This document shows, one piece after another, positions 8,884-16,720 of a stretch of 36,852 nt of DNA. Numbering within the stretch: the first letter of the stretch is position 1; each line of letters starts with the position of its first letter. Under the pieces are notes generated by a model that was not told the origin of the DNA, searched no databases, and was given only the letters and a program-made list of their open reading frames with translations. A program made the translations under genes and the position numbers. The DNA comes from a virus (taxonomy: Duplodnaviria; Caudoviricetes): positions 1 through 36,852 of IMG/VR virus record IMGVR_UViG_3300006793_000007. The stretch is one strand, 5' to 3'.

Positions 8884-9681
8884 CTATTTGACTCTCCCCT
8901 CTGCGTATGCTTTTAAAATTTCGTCCGACATGGACTGATAACGCTCGGGGTCAGTCTTCATAAGTTTAATAATGTCAGCACGACGATAAATTTTTCTTCG
9001 TGACCCTTCAGATGCTCCACGGGCGTCGCCTGTGTTGGCTGACTTGAGTGTGTTTTTACGTGCTTGTTTTTCAACAGAGGCTGTCTGTTTAGCTACGTTG
9101 TTTCTCTCTTTCCAGAGATCAAACAGTTCGTTAGCAGCATCGTAATCGTACATCTGGTCAGCTGTTACAAACAACTGTGTTCTGACTTTTGATCCTTTGA
9201 TCCATTCAGCAAATTTAGGATCTTTCAGGATGTTCTCCATGTCTGGATGCCTAACCTGAAGTTGTCCAAGAGCAGCTTGCTTGTGGTTTTCAAAAGCAGC
9301 AGCTTCTGCTTGTCGGATTTTAGGGTGGTTGTCAATAGCCCGATCAACAGCATTTTTAGGATCAACAAAGAAATCTACATCTTCTTCGTCGTTAGTTTGC
9401 TGTGGTTGAGGTGCTTGTTGCGCGAGTTGTGTCTGAATGTAGCTGTCAACAACGGAACGTAGCTCACCAACTTCCGTACTCTGTTTGCCTGAAAACTTTT
9501 CAAGCTCTTGGTTCATCTGCACAAGTTCTTCTACAGACTTTCCTTGGTACTTTTCCGGTAGTTCTACTTCGGCTTCTTGAGGTTCTTCCTCTACAGGCTC
9601 CTCAATGCCGTCTTGCTCTAGTTCTTCTGTTGTTTCAATTGGTTCTTCAGGACGCTCGTCAAGTAATTGTGCGCGTGACAT
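8884..9681 (-). CDS. Capsid scaffolding protein
   Basis: Acidic N-terminus; LPEKYQGKS..ELVQM..ELEK motif; ends EILKAYAEGRVK; precedes the capsid gene. Confidence 0.88.
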   Translation of the reverse strand: MSRAQLLDERPEEPIETTEELEQDGIEEPVEEEPQEAEVELPEKYQGKSVEELVQMNQELEKFSGKQSTEVGELRSVVDSYIQTQLAQQAPQPQQTNDEEDVDFFVDPKNAVDRAIDNHPKIRQAEAAAFENHKQAALGQLQVRHPDMENILKDPKFAEWIKGSKVRTQLFVTADQMYDYDAANELFDLWKERNNVAKQTASVEKQARKNTLKSANTGDARGASEGSRRKIYRRADIIKLMKTDPERYQSMSDEILKAYAEGRVK

Positions 9682-9692
9682 ATATAAACTTA

Positions 9693-9715
9693 CCCCGCCT
9701 AGTTAGGTTATGGAG
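9693..9715 (-). promoter_or_regulatory. Hairpin over the scaffold RBS (candidate translational operator)
   Basis: CTCC-ATAA-CCT-AACT-AGG-C-GGGG; same architecture as 10196-10215. Confidence 0.55.
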
Positions 9716-9736
9716 AAATAAAATGGGAGTTATCCG

Positions 9737-9958
9737 TTAGGGTTCCCGCTTAGATTGACCAGCCTTCTCGTGTTCACGTACCCACTTCATGTGCCTACCG
9801 GGAAAATCCCCAGAGGCACCATCAAGGATGTGCTGAGTTGCTGATACAATTTTCGTAGCGTTGGCTCCACATCCGCACCTACTGGATGTAGTACCTGCTT
9901 CTACAAATTCTTCAAATACGTGTCCGTTTGTACAACGAAAATCAAATACTTTAATCAT
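9737..9958 (-). CDS. FmdB-like zinc-ribbon protein
   Basis: FDFRCTNGHVFEEFV...CGCG..ATKIVS. Confidence 0.65.
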   Translation of the reverse strand: MIKVFDFRCTNGHVFEEFVEAGTTSSRCGCGANATKIVSATQHILDGASGDFPGRHMKWVREHEKAGQSKREP

Positions 9959-10193
9959 CGTGGTTTTCAGTTAGTTCTTCATAGCTATTAGTAATAGCAG
10001 GTTCTAAATTCAGTAAGTAGGCTAATATGTTTAGTTGTCCCTTACGGAAGTTCATATCGTTAGCATCTTTAACTGCTTCTACGCTATTAATACTCATAGC
10101 ATTATTACCAAAGTCTTGCATTAGCTGTGTCCAGCCTTTCTGTCGAAAAAGACTAAAGTAATTGTCGTAGTACTCTTGTGTTTCCTTGTCCAA
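9951..10193 (-). CDS. Hypothetical head-module protein (TTG start)
   Basis: 80 aa; GW...FRKGQL.IL motif seen in small genes between portal and scaffold; own promoter upstream. Confidence 0.65.
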   Translation of the reverse strand: MDKETQEYYDNYFSLFRQKGWTQLMQDFGNNAMSINSVEAVKDANDMNFRKGQLNILAYLLNLEPAITNSYEELTENHDD

Positions 10194-10195
10194 TT

Positions 10196-10215
10196 GAGGC
10201 CTCGCAGGTTGTCTC
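10196..10215 (-). promoter_or_regulatory. Hairpin over RBS (candidate translational operator)
   Basis: GAG-ACAA-CCT-GCG-AGG-C-CTC, 2 nt before the TTG start. Confidence 0.55.
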
Positions 10216-10246
10216 TATTAATAAGATGTACCTAAGTACACTGTAT

Positions 10247-10275
10247 ATTATATCATACTTTAAATCAAAAGTCAA
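10247..10275 (-). promoter_or_regulatory. sigma70-type late promoter
   Basis: TTGACT-17 nt-TATAAT with extended -10 TG. Confidence 0.85.
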
Positions 10276-10278
10276 GCA

Positions 10279-10548
10279 TTATTTCTTCTTTTTGGCAGTT
10301 TTTCGCCTTTTACCAGAGGCTGTTACAGAGTGTTTGATCTTAGCTGGGCCTGTTTTACGCCTAGATGACGAGGCTTTTTCAGCTTTTGTCATCTTATCAG
10401 CTACCGCTTTAGGTCGGCACGAGGGGTACGGGCGCTTCTTTTTATCCTTACCAGAGCGTCCACAGGGCTTCCCGGTCTTTACGTCAACCCATTCGTCCTT
10501 GAACCACTTCTTGAGGGCTGCGCCTTTTTTACTTTTTCTTACGGCCAC
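10279..10548 (-). CDS. Small highly basic protein
   Basis: 89 aa, Lys/Arg-rich; KKWF..EWVDVKTGKPCGR...YPSCRP. Confidence 0.75.
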   Translation of the reverse strand: MAVRKSKKGAALKKWFKDEWVDVKTGKPCGRSGKDKKKRPYPSCRPKAVADKMTKAEKASSSRRKTGPAKIKHSVTASGKRRKTAKKKK

Positions 10549-10687
10549 TTTTGTTACCCCAGTTTTTAGCGCCTACCTTGCGACATTTAGCCACAGCACC
10601 AGATGCGTAAGCAGAAGGCCACACTTTGTAACGAGCCTTGACCTTCTTTGCACACGCATCGTTTGCCTTTTTCTTTTTCTTAGGCAC
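10529..10687 (-). CDS. Small highly basic protein, 52 aa (not in ORF track)
   Basis: MPKKKKKANDACAKKVKARYKVWPSAYASGAVAKCRKVGAKNWGNKSGRKKK; GTG start 1 nt after the upstream stop. Confidence 0.75.
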   Translation of the reverse strand: MPKKKKKANDACAKKVKARYKVWPSAYASGAVAKCRKVGAKNWGNKSGRKKK

Positions 10688-10688
10688 T

Positions 10689-10799
10689 TTAGTAACCTTT
10701 AGCCTTCTTTACTTTTTTGCCTGTTCGCTTTGCAGCCGCCTTAGCCTTTGCTTTGCCCTTAGCGGTGTACGGATACTTTTTCTTTCCTACCATTGGCAT
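10689..10799 (-). CDS. Small highly basic protein, 36 aa (not in ORF track)
   Basis: MPMVGKKKYPYTAKGKAKAKAAAKRTGKKVKKAKGY; strong AAGGAG RBS. Confidence 0.75.
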   Translation of the reverse strand: MPMVGKKKYPYTAKGKAKAKAAAKRTGKKVKKAKGY

Positions 10800-10809
10800 A
10801 ACTATCTCC

Positions 10810-11076
10810 TTACCAGTTTTTGCAAGACCAATATCTTGCGCTGAGTTTACTAGGCTTACTTGTGTCACACTTGTGTCTAGCCCTAAACGACTTGCGTCTA
10901 GCTGGCTGATCTTTCTTGATCTTCATTTTAGCATCACCAAAACGAATAGTCTTAGTCTTGTCGCCTTCCTTGGCTACCACAACAAACTTTTTAGTAGGAT
11001 GATTAGGCGTCCTCTTTGGTTTGTTGTATCCGCTTACTCCTGCTCTTGCTAGCTTTGGGTCCTTCTCTTTTGGCAT
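10810..11076 (-). CDS. Small basic protein
   Basis: 88 aa; IRFGD...RRKSFRARHKC...ARYWSC; TAATG coupling with the portal stop. Confidence 0.78.
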   Translation of the reverse strand: MPKEKDPKLARAGVSGYNKPKRTPNHPTKKFVVVAKEGDKTKTIRFGDAKMKIKKDQPARRKSFRARHKCDTSKPSKLSARYWSCKNW

Positions 11077-11197
11077 TAACCTTCTCCTCCAACTCCCTGA
11101 CCTTGGCCTCCAGAGCCTCCAATTGACCTGAGTGCGTTTGAAACGCCTCGTTGATCTGCTTGAGGAGGTTGTTCATTTCGGTTTGTGTCATTAACAC
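11003..11197 (-). CDS. Overprinted coiled-coil protein
   Basis: 64 aa; GGGAG 9 nt before GTG; heptad pattern; fully overlaps the portal 3' end and the next gene. Confidence 0.55.
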   Translation of the reverse strand: MLMTQTEMNNLLKQINEAFQTHSGQLEALEAKVRELEEKVNAKREGPKASKSRSKRIQQTKEDA

Positions 11198-13115
11198 GCT
11201 GTGGCGCTCCCATTCGTAGTTTATCGTCGTTGGCTTTCTCTTTAATTGCTAGATCAGCAATCTTAAGTCTTCGCTCAAACTCTTTATCGTCAGCATCTCC
11301 TTCACGCAAGTTTTTAGTGATTGCTTCGATCTTATCAATCTCCAACTCTTGTGGAGCCAGTTGAGCTTCAATCTGGTACTTCTGCGCTCTAGCTTGAGAC
11401 TCAGCTGCTTGTCCTGCCAGTGCTTGTGCCTGTGCTTGCTGAAGAGCCATTTGAGCCTGTGCAGCTTGCTGTTGCATTTGCTGCTGTTCGGGATTAGGCT
11501 GACTAGCTTGCTGCATAGCGGCCAACAGGTCATCACGGTTGCTTAGATTCATGTTCTCAATAATGCTCTGGATCAGCGCAGGATACAGAGGTGACTCAGG
11601 AGACATTGTTTGCAGAAGCTGTGTCAACTGCGTAATCTCGTACTCTCTAGCAATAATGCCGAGAGTAGACGTAGCGCTAAACTTGTAGTCAGCTACCGGA
11701 TAATGCTCTGGGTCAAACTGCATGTACCTGTGAGCAGCCTTGGTGACAAAAGGCATCAGGAAAGACTGCTGGAAGTTAATCAGAGTGCGCTTATGACGTT
11801 TGATAATAGCACCAAGAGACATACTGATCCCAGCAGCAGTAGCCTCGCCATTGACCTGCCCAGCGATTCCTGCTGAATCGACTGCTCCAGTAGCCTGTTG
11901 TACCATCTGTTGAAGCGCTTGCGCTTGAGCGAAAGTAATCTGACCAACTTGCCCAAAATTGAACGGCTGTAAGACTTCACGAGGATCTCCATTAGTAAGA
12001 ATCATCTTGCCCGGACGTACTTCAGGTTTAGCGCCTCGTGGTAAGCGAGTAGCGTCAATAGCCATCATTGGGTGGATAGTAAGGCTCAAGGCGTCGATAC
12101 GTGCGCGTAACTCTGTGTCCAGAGCTTTCTGGCTGTTGTATCCTTTCTCACATACGCCACGACCCCAAAAGCGCCCCGGAACAACGTCCCAAGGAAACGC
12201 AACTACAGGACGATCCTGCATCATGTAAGGGTTGGCTTCAGCTTTTAGCAACGTACCGCCATTAGCAACAACGACAATAGCCTCAACGTACATTCCTTCT
12301 TCTTCTACGTCTACGTCTTCAGCCTCAAGCAATTCACGAGGCACAAGACCGTAGTACTTTGTCAGACGTACTTTGTCATCGTTGTACACTGTAAGATCTT
12401 GATCTGGCTCTAGATCCGTATCAGGTGCAGCAGATTCAATGTAGGACTGATTGTAAACGCCCTGCTCCTGTAGCAGTTCTACGGAGTGTTTAGAGACAAA
12501 CTCATCAACAGCCACACCCATAGCATCTTCAATAGATGTTGCTACAGGGTCAATCAAAAAGTTTTGAGGCATGACAGGCTTTAGCTTAACTGTTACTCTG
12601 TCCTGTATGTTTACACCTACGGCTGTCAGCTGTCCGTCCATAATCGGCTGAGTAGCTGGAGACATCTCTTTTTCTTCTGACAGGATGATCTCACCAATGC
12701 CTATGCCAAATACGGCTGAGTTAATTAGACATTCTGCCACAGCCTTACGTACTTTGGTCTTTTCAAAGTCTTCTGCTAGTTTGTTCCGAAGAAATTGTAC
12801 ATCCTGACGGTCTTTATCCATCATGTCATCAGAAATATCAAACCACTTGCCACGACCAAAGGTTGCCTCTTCTAGTTCCGCTACGCTAGATTCTACAGCC
12901 TGCTGAAGTGCAGGAGAGATAATACGAGAACGTTCTGATGCTCTTTCGGAGTCAGTAGGGTCCCATTGACCTCGCCATAACCGATAGTATTCCTCAAACC
13001 TTGCTTCATAGTTTGACTCATAGTGATCTCTCCAATCTTCGCATTTGGTAATCACCCACTCTTCCAGCGATTCCTCAATCATCAGAGGGTCTGGACTCAG
13101 TATATCTTCTGCCAT
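11076..13115 (-). CDS. Portal protein
   Basis: 679 aa after TerL; PGRFWGRGV.E and ATA.GISM motifs; Gln-rich C-terminal barrel as in P22-like portals. Confidence 0.9.
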   Translation of the reverse strand: MAEDILSPDPLMIEESLEEWVITKCEDWRDHYESNYEARFEEYYRLWRGQWDPTDSERASERSRIISPALQQAVESSVAELEEATFGRGKWFDISDDMMDKDRQDVQFLRNKLAEDFEKTKVRKAVAECLINSAVFGIGIGEIILSEEKEMSPATQPIMDGQLTAVGVNIQDRVTVKLKPVMPQNFLIDPVATSIEDAMGVAVDEFVSKHSVELLQEQGVYNQSYIESAAPDTDLEPDQDLTVYNDDKVRLTKYYGLVPRELLEAEDVDVEEEGMYVEAIVVVANGGTLLKAEANPYMMQDRPVVAFPWDVVPGRFWGRGVCEKGYNSQKALDTELRARIDALSLTIHPMMAIDATRLPRGAKPEVRPGKMILTNGDPREVLQPFNFGQVGQITFAQAQALQQMVQQATGAVDSAGIAGQVNGEATAAGISMSLGAIIKRHKRTLINFQQSFLMPFVTKAAHRYMQFDPEHYPVADYKFSATSTLGIIAREYEITQLTQLLQTMSPESPLYPALIQSIIENMNLSNRDDLLAAMQQASQPNPEQQQMQQQAAQAQMALQQAQAQALAGQAAESQARAQKYQIEAQLAPQELEIDKIEAITKNLREGDADDKEFERRLKIADLAIKEKANDDKLRMGAPQRVNDTNRNEQPPQADQRGVSNALRSIGGSGGQGQGVGGEG

Positions 13116-13125
13116 AGTTGTTTCC

Positions 13126-13215
13126 TTAAAGTAAAGCTATGCTGTAGCCCATAGTAAAAAATACTACGGCAGAGATAGCGTAAATGCCATACGTGTTAAG
13201 TCTTCTAAAAACCAT
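13126..13215 (-). CDS. 29-aa single-TM peptide (not in ORF track)
   Basis: MVFRRLNTYGIYAISAVVFFTMGYSIALL; TAATG overlap with the terL stop. Confidence 0.6.
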   Translation of the reverse strand: MVFRRLNTYGIYAISAVVFFTMGYSIALL

Positions 13216-14465
13216 TAGTACCCTGCCACAACATCTAAAATTTCGTGATCGTCAAGTTCGTAATCGTAATGGTACGCTACTTGTGCCAGCTGATCTATGT
13301 AAGCTAGTGCGTCGATCAAGTCATCGTGAGTTAATGGGTCTGGAAACTGAAACAGTTGATCTAAGAATCTGTTGTTCCACTCACCCTTATTTAAACTAAC
13401 GTACCCGTTTTCAAACCGCCCCTGTAACGCCCACATAACCCTGTCAGTCTTTTTCCTGTTGCCGTGGGTTAGTTCCTCGACTCTAAAAAAAGTACCGTAG
13501 CGCTTCTGTAAGTCCATAAGTGGGGACATTACCGCCTGCTTTGCTATTCCTTTTTCAATACCAACACTGACGGGTCTGTAGTCTCTAACGGCCTGAAAAA
13601 TCTTGGTGGCAGTCTCGTTAAGACTCCACCGCCCATATATAATGTTATCAATGTACCAGCCATCAGGATTAACTTTAACAACAGCGATTGCAGTTTCATC
13701 AAGTTTAGTATTCTTCGTCCGTTTTTTGTTTACTTCTTCAAAGCCAGCGAGGTCAACAGCTATATAGTAGTCTCCGATTTCTGGCTCTTCCCCGAACTGT
13801 ACCCAACCTTCCTTAAACATTTCGGAGCCTCTGGCCTCAAATGATGCCATAAATTCCTGACGAAACGCATAAGATGACATAGACTTTTTAGCCATGTCGA
13901 TTTCTTCTGAGTCAAGTATTGGGTTGTCATATGATGTAAAGTGCCACCCTTTGTACGTTGGGTCATCCCCTAGTTCTGCGTACTTATACAGTTCGTAAAA
14001 GTGGTTCCTGCCCATAGGAGTACCTATGAACATTGCTTGACCCTTTTGGTCAGCCAGTGCTGGACGGAGGATCTGCTCCCAAACATCGGGCTTCATATCC
14101 GCATACTCGTCCATCACAAGAAACTTCAAGGACACACCACGCATTGTCTCTGGCCTGTCGGCTCCTTTGAGACTAATCGTGGCCCCGTTGACCAGCTTGA
14201 TCTGCAGGTTGTTAATATGCGAACCCGCAATCACAGGGTGTCCTAGCTCCATCAGGGTTTGCCACATGATGTCACGGGCCTGACCTTGAGTGGGCGCAAC
14301 GTAAAAAACTTGCCCTTTATCGGACTGTAAAGCGTTGATAATCAACATCCACGCAGCAAGACGCGACTTCCCTGTACGACGTCCTGCGGCTACTACCTTG
14401 AACCTAGTAGGATCAGAGTAGACTTCCTGCTGCCAAGGCAACAGCTGTACGTTTAGATCAGTCAC
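13215..14465 (-). CDS. terL: Terminase large subunit
   Basis: Walker A AGRRTGKS; Walker B LVMDE; GTP coupling motif; nuclease AVDLA...HDDLIDALAY. Confidence 0.96.
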   Translation of the reverse strand: MTDLNVQLLPWQQEVYSDPTRFKVVAAGRRTGKSRLAAWMLIINALQSDKGQVFYVAPTQGQARDIMWQTLMELGHPVIAGSHINNLQIKLVNGATISLKGADRPETMRGVSLKFLVMDEYADMKPDVWEQILRPALADQKGQAMFIGTPMGRNHFYELYKYAELGDDPTYKGWHFTSYDNPILDSEEIDMAKKSMSSYAFRQEFMASFEARGSEMFKEGWVQFGEEPEIGDYYIAVDLAGFEEVNKKRTKNTKLDETAIAVVKVNPDGWYIDNIIYGRWSLNETATKIFQAVRDYRPVSVGIEKGIAKQAVMSPLMDLQKRYGTFFRVEELTHGNRKKTDRVMWALQGRFENGYVSLNKGEWNNRFLDQLFQFPDPLTHDDLIDALAYIDQLAQVAYHYDYELDDHEILDVVAGY

Positions 14466-15213
14466 AGGTTACTGTCAGTTCTCCTGCTTCATCTACAGAG
14501 ACTGAGCAAACAGCATTAGGATTGTTCCAAATTTGTCCTATTAGGTCGTTACTGTCTTTTCCTAGGTCTAGCACTGCGCCGTAACCTGTTTCAGCGACGT
14601 CTACTATACCGTTAACACCTGCAGTACCCATGTCAACAACGCCTGTTATTCCTGCGGTTCCCAAGTCCACGTTAGCGTCAAACCCTGCTGTACCCATAGT
14701 GGTCAAGTTGTCCAGTCCAGTAGTACCCAAGTCTACCATGCCCTCAATAAAGGGTGTGTAGTTTACATTGCTAACAGCCGTAAAGCCTGCACTAGAAATG
14801 TCAGAGAAACTTCCGTAGAGCGTTTGTTGAGTCTGTGCATCAGCAGCTACCTGCGCTATATCAACCTGTGAGTTGTAGCGAGCCATAGTCTTAGCCGAGT
14901 CTGCCTGCATCCACATCATACCCAGAGAGGTTACAGGAGACGCTAGAATAGATGCCCACTGGATAGCCTCAGACTTCTGTGGAATGGGTTGTGAGTTAGG
15001 AGTACTCGTGAGAGCCAAGGCCATTACAGCAGCGCTAGCAGCCTGTCCGTCACCGCTGGAGGCAATCTTAGACAGCGCAGCAAACTTAGCCTGTACCGCT
15101 TTGGCGTTAGCTTCTGCAGTCTTCTGGACTGACTCGTAGTACAGTGAGTTAGTTGACGCACACCCTGCAACAAGCAAGAGTGCTGCAATTAGTGCTGTTG
15201 TAATAATCTTCAT
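14458..15213 (-). CDS. Lipoprotein with 11-residue repeats
   Basis: Signal peptide with lipobox VAG-C; six hendecad repeats near the C-terminus. Confidence 0.75.
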   Translation of the reverse strand: MKIITTALIAALLLVAGCASTNSLYYESVQKTAEANAKAVQAKFAALSKIASSGDGQAASAAVMALALTSTPNSQPIPQKSEAIQWASILASPVTSLGMMWMQADSAKTMARYNSQVDIAQVAADAQTQQTLYGSFSDISSAGFTAVSNVNYTPFIEGMVDLGTTGLDNLTTMGTAGFDANVDLGTAGITGVVDMGTAGVNGIVDVAETGYGAVLDLGKDSNDLIGQIWNNPNAVCSVSVDEAGELTVTCD

Positions 15214-15216
15214 TCG

Positions 15217-15573
15217 TTAGCTCCCGTTAAAATTAACAAGTGATGCCGGGGTTTCAACCAGATCAAAGGTGACAACTACTTCCATGTTGCCTACTCCCCC
15301 TGCTTGACACTTGACCGTTTCGTTTTCGTGAAGAACAAACAGCGGCCCTCCTCCGTTTCCTAGTGTTGCCTGTGTCCCACCATTAATACTCTCTCCGTCA
15401 AAGATGTACACTTGAGCTACGCCGCCTAGGTCCCAATATAAGTCTACAGTTGAAGTGGAGCCGTTGTGGTTAGCTACAAACACGTAGTTTACTACTGCGT
15501 GATACCCACTAGGAACCGCAAACAGGGTTGTCAGAGTAGTGTCTGTGAGGGTAGTGTGCTTAGTATATAACAT
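15217..15573 (-). CDS. Hypothetical beta-rich protein (possible virion accessory)
   Basis: 118-aa ORF with AAGGA RBS in the late operon. Confidence 0.6.
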   Translation of the reverse strand: MLYTKHTTLTDTTLTTLFAVPSGYHAVVNYVFVANHNGSTSTVDLYWDLGGVAQVYIFDGESINGGTQATLGNGGGPLFVLHENETVKCQAGGVGNMEVVVTFDLVETPASLVNFNGS

Positions 15574-15594
15574 GATTAGAGTTCCTTAGAGGCT

Positions 15595-15936
15595 CTAGTA
15601 AGTCCACAGCACGGGTAGAGTACCCCGTGTATCTACGTGTATAAAGTCACCAGCGACCCCTATTCCAGTAAAGCCGTGTTCTAAGGCCCCTTTTATTAAC
15701 GTATACCGATGAGCAGAGTTCGTTGTCTTTATGTCTGCTGCTATGCCTTGCGCGTGTGTTCCCGGTATCTCTTTTACGGCCTCTAACGGGTGGCTAGGGC
15801 TTCTGTAGCCGCTGGTGATAACAAAAGGAAAACCACAGTACTCCCTGAGAGAGTCTAGTTTACTCAAGAACTCAGGTTCCATGTGGTTCTCGCCTGTGTG
15901 TTGGCAGTTAAACTCAGAGGTACTAAAGTATTTCAC
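15595..15936 (-). CDS. Endolysin, peptidase M15A family
   Basis: ITSGYR, H..G.AADI and FIHVD zinc-binding motifs. Confidence 0.88.
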   Translation of the reverse strand: MKYFSTSEFNCQHTGENHMEPEFLSKLDSLREYCGFPFVITSGYRSPSHPLEAVKEIPGTHAQGIAADIKTTNSAHRYTLIKGALEHGFTGIGVAGDFIHVDTRGTLPVLWTY

Positions 15937-16412
15937 TTGCGTAACATTTTGCCAAAGAGACTTCGGGCTTCTGACTCAGATGTCCGCTTGTCGTACTGCT
16001 TCTCTGCTTCCTTCATGATAGCCATTAGGTTGTCAGCACCGATCTGCTCAACAGCCTTGGCAGTAAATACAAACTCACCGTCAGACAGCCTAGCCTCAAT
16101 AGAGTCTGAAGTACCTGTGCCCGGACCTTCGACTTCACCTCCGTCTTCGTAGTTTTCAGCTTCAACTAAGCCGCCTTCAGCTAGTCCCGCAGACTCCTGA
16201 AGTTTTTTCTTTTCTTGAATTTGCCTTAATATTTGGTCTATTCTTTTCTTAAAAAGAGGGTTCTCTTCCCAAGAGTCCATTTGTTCTTGTTGGCTCTCAT
16301 CTAACTCTGCGCCTGTTCCTGCATCTATAAGAGTTTGTCCTAAAACGGCATCCCCTCTTGTTACAGTATAACCAACGCCCGCGTTTACTACATCATCATA
16401 AATACTAGGCAC
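15933..16412 (-). CDS. Protein with GG.V.GPGTGTSDSI.ARLS.GEFV domain
   Basis: Motif recognised from tape-measure C-termini and virion cargo proteins. Confidence 0.7.
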   Translation of the reverse strand: MPSIYDDVVNAGVGYTVTRGDAVLGQTLIDAGTGAELDESQQEQMDSWEENPLFKKRIDQILRQIQEKKKLQESAGLAEGGLVEAENYEDGGEVEGPGTGTSDSIEARLSDGEFVFTAKAVEQIGADNLMAIMKEAEKQYDKRTSESEARSLFGKMLRK

Positions 16413-16414
16413 TG

Positions 16415-16720
16415 TTACGCCCCTTTCTTAGTTGATTTCTTTTTTGGTTTGGCTTCGTTGAGCGTCTTTGCCGCCCTAGCTACGTCGTTGAGGTACGCGC
16501 GTTCACAGTGGTTCTCATCAAACGTGAAGTCAATAGCTGCATTAACCCAGCCCCACGCCTTACTTTTAACTTTTAGCCTGTGTGAGCGCCCTGAGACGGA
16601 CTCATTAGCGTTGTCACCGAAGAGGATAGCAACATTAATAAGCTGACTTGTGGCATCACCTACTCTGGTTACGTATCCAAGGGCTTCCTCTAGTACATCG
16701 TCCAGTTTATCCTGTGACAT
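16415..16720 (-). CDS. Hypothetical phage protein (probable start 16720)
   Basis: SQL.N...G..NES.SGR....W....ID..F...HC..AY pattern; overlaps the terS end by 14 nt. Confidence 0.65.
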   Translation of the reverse strand: MSQDKLDDVLEEALGYVTRVGDATSQLINVAILFGDNANESVSGRSHRLKVKSKAWGWVNAAIDFTFDENHCERAYLNDVARAAKTLNEAKPKKKSTKKGA

